This document shows, in pieces, positions 63,034 through 64,000 of a stretch of 64,000 nucleotides of DNA. This DNA comes from Lobosporangium transversale (lineage: Eukaryota). The notes under the pieces are model-generated. The model was not told where the DNA came from. It saw only the letters and a list, made by a program, of their open reading frames with translations, and made no database searches. The DNA lies in NCBI RefSeq assembly GCF_002105155.1, contig NW_019028990.1:1-64000 (forward strand), read 5' to 3'. Numbering within the stretch: the stretch's first letter is position 1; every line of letters begins with the position of its first letter. The translations under genes were made by a program, and so were the position numbers.

Positions 63034-63860
63034 ATGATTACCAATATGAAGATCTTTTACTTGTTGATGGCCGCCCCTTGTCGCGCGCGTTTTCCATCAA
63101 TGCCGCATCTTCTGACACCATTGACATTTTCAAAAAGTTAATTAAACATAGGTCGCCTGAATTGAACGATGTCGATGCAGAAAGGGCCACACTCCGGCAT
63201 GTATCGATTCTGATCACGGACGATAACCAGGAATTGCTCATTATACCCAATTCTCTGACTGACAAGAAGGAGCTTCTCCCAATGTACCGTCTTTCGATAC
63301 TTTTCCCCGAGGATGAACCAAAGGGATCTATCCACATCGTTGCCCAATGGCCTACCTTTTTACAACGCACTGAAATGACTTATACGTCTCCCTAATGCTC
63401 ATCCGTTTCTAAATTTGATATCTTATTTAGACGATACTGAAGTGGCTACTTGGAAAGAATAAACTGAGATGAGGAAAATGAAAAACGAATCAAGGAGAAT
63501 CAAAGAAGTGAAGAATCAAAAAGACCACTTCGATTGGTAATAACCATTTAGAAGCACTGCATTAAGGGCTATTTGTTATGGTTTGATATTTTATACACAA
63601 ACTAGTGTTCTGCAAAAGAGTATGTCGAAACTCGGAATCATAGATACTAGGCAAGGAAGGAAAATTCTGTGCCAATATATTGCAGATACAAAACAATGAC
63701 TCTCGAAGATCTGCGGAAGCTTCTTTACCCAATGTTTGAGAAAAAAAAAAAAATTACAATTTTATGGGTGATGACAATGTTCGAATTTTTGTCCGCCAGA
63801 TCAGTAAACAGCCAACCATGCTGGATGCAGGCGATCACTCAACTACTGGTTTAAAAAAAG
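63034..63860 (+). pseudogene. Crinkler (CRN)-family pseudogene; 3' end approximate
   Basis: MKIFY-LVDG (1-nt frameshift)..AFSI..TIDIFKKLIK..DVDA..LRHVSI..IHIVAQWP; downstream exons broken. Confidence 0.75.
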
Positions 63861-64000
63861 GAAAGGGAGAGAAGGCTCTCCTCGTGGGCTTGGCGGGATA
63901 TTAAAATATGTCATCTTCGCCGTCATCCAGTCATTCAGCCATCTAAGAAATGAGCAAAAAGAAAAATGTACCCCTCATCTTTATCATCAGTAATTAGTAT

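Overview
Eukaryotic, intron-rich fungal DNA. The Crinkler genes, F-box-like gene and gene content suggest an early-diverging fungus, probably Mortierellaceae (inference). Positions 1-20 kb are a nested transposon island. It holds three Tc1 families (two apparently identical inverted DD34E copies and two decayed DD39E elements), chromovirus Ty3/Gypsy elements with 86-bp LTRs, two solo LTRs, a hAT-type MITE family, a 29/39-bp minisatellite, a Harbinger remnant and a Crinkler pseudogene. Positions 20-61 kb are a gene-dense core: an Spt23/Mga2-like factor, a PAC-like protein, a MYND-esterase fusion, COQ8, ERG1, Pumilio/PUF3, an F-box-like gene, IES6, SEC24, a WD40 gene and DDI1. The window ends with a palindrome-rich MITE and a second Crinkler pseudogene. 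The main leads are the DD39E Tc1 elements, the inverted inner binding sites shared by all three Tc1 families, a predicted -1 frameshift pseudoknot, a MITE-joined chimeric retrotransposon, a duplicated DNA-binding domain in the Spt23-like protein, and Pumilio sites in the PUF3 gene's own 3' UTR. All coordinates, splice models and family calls were read by eye; no searches were run.
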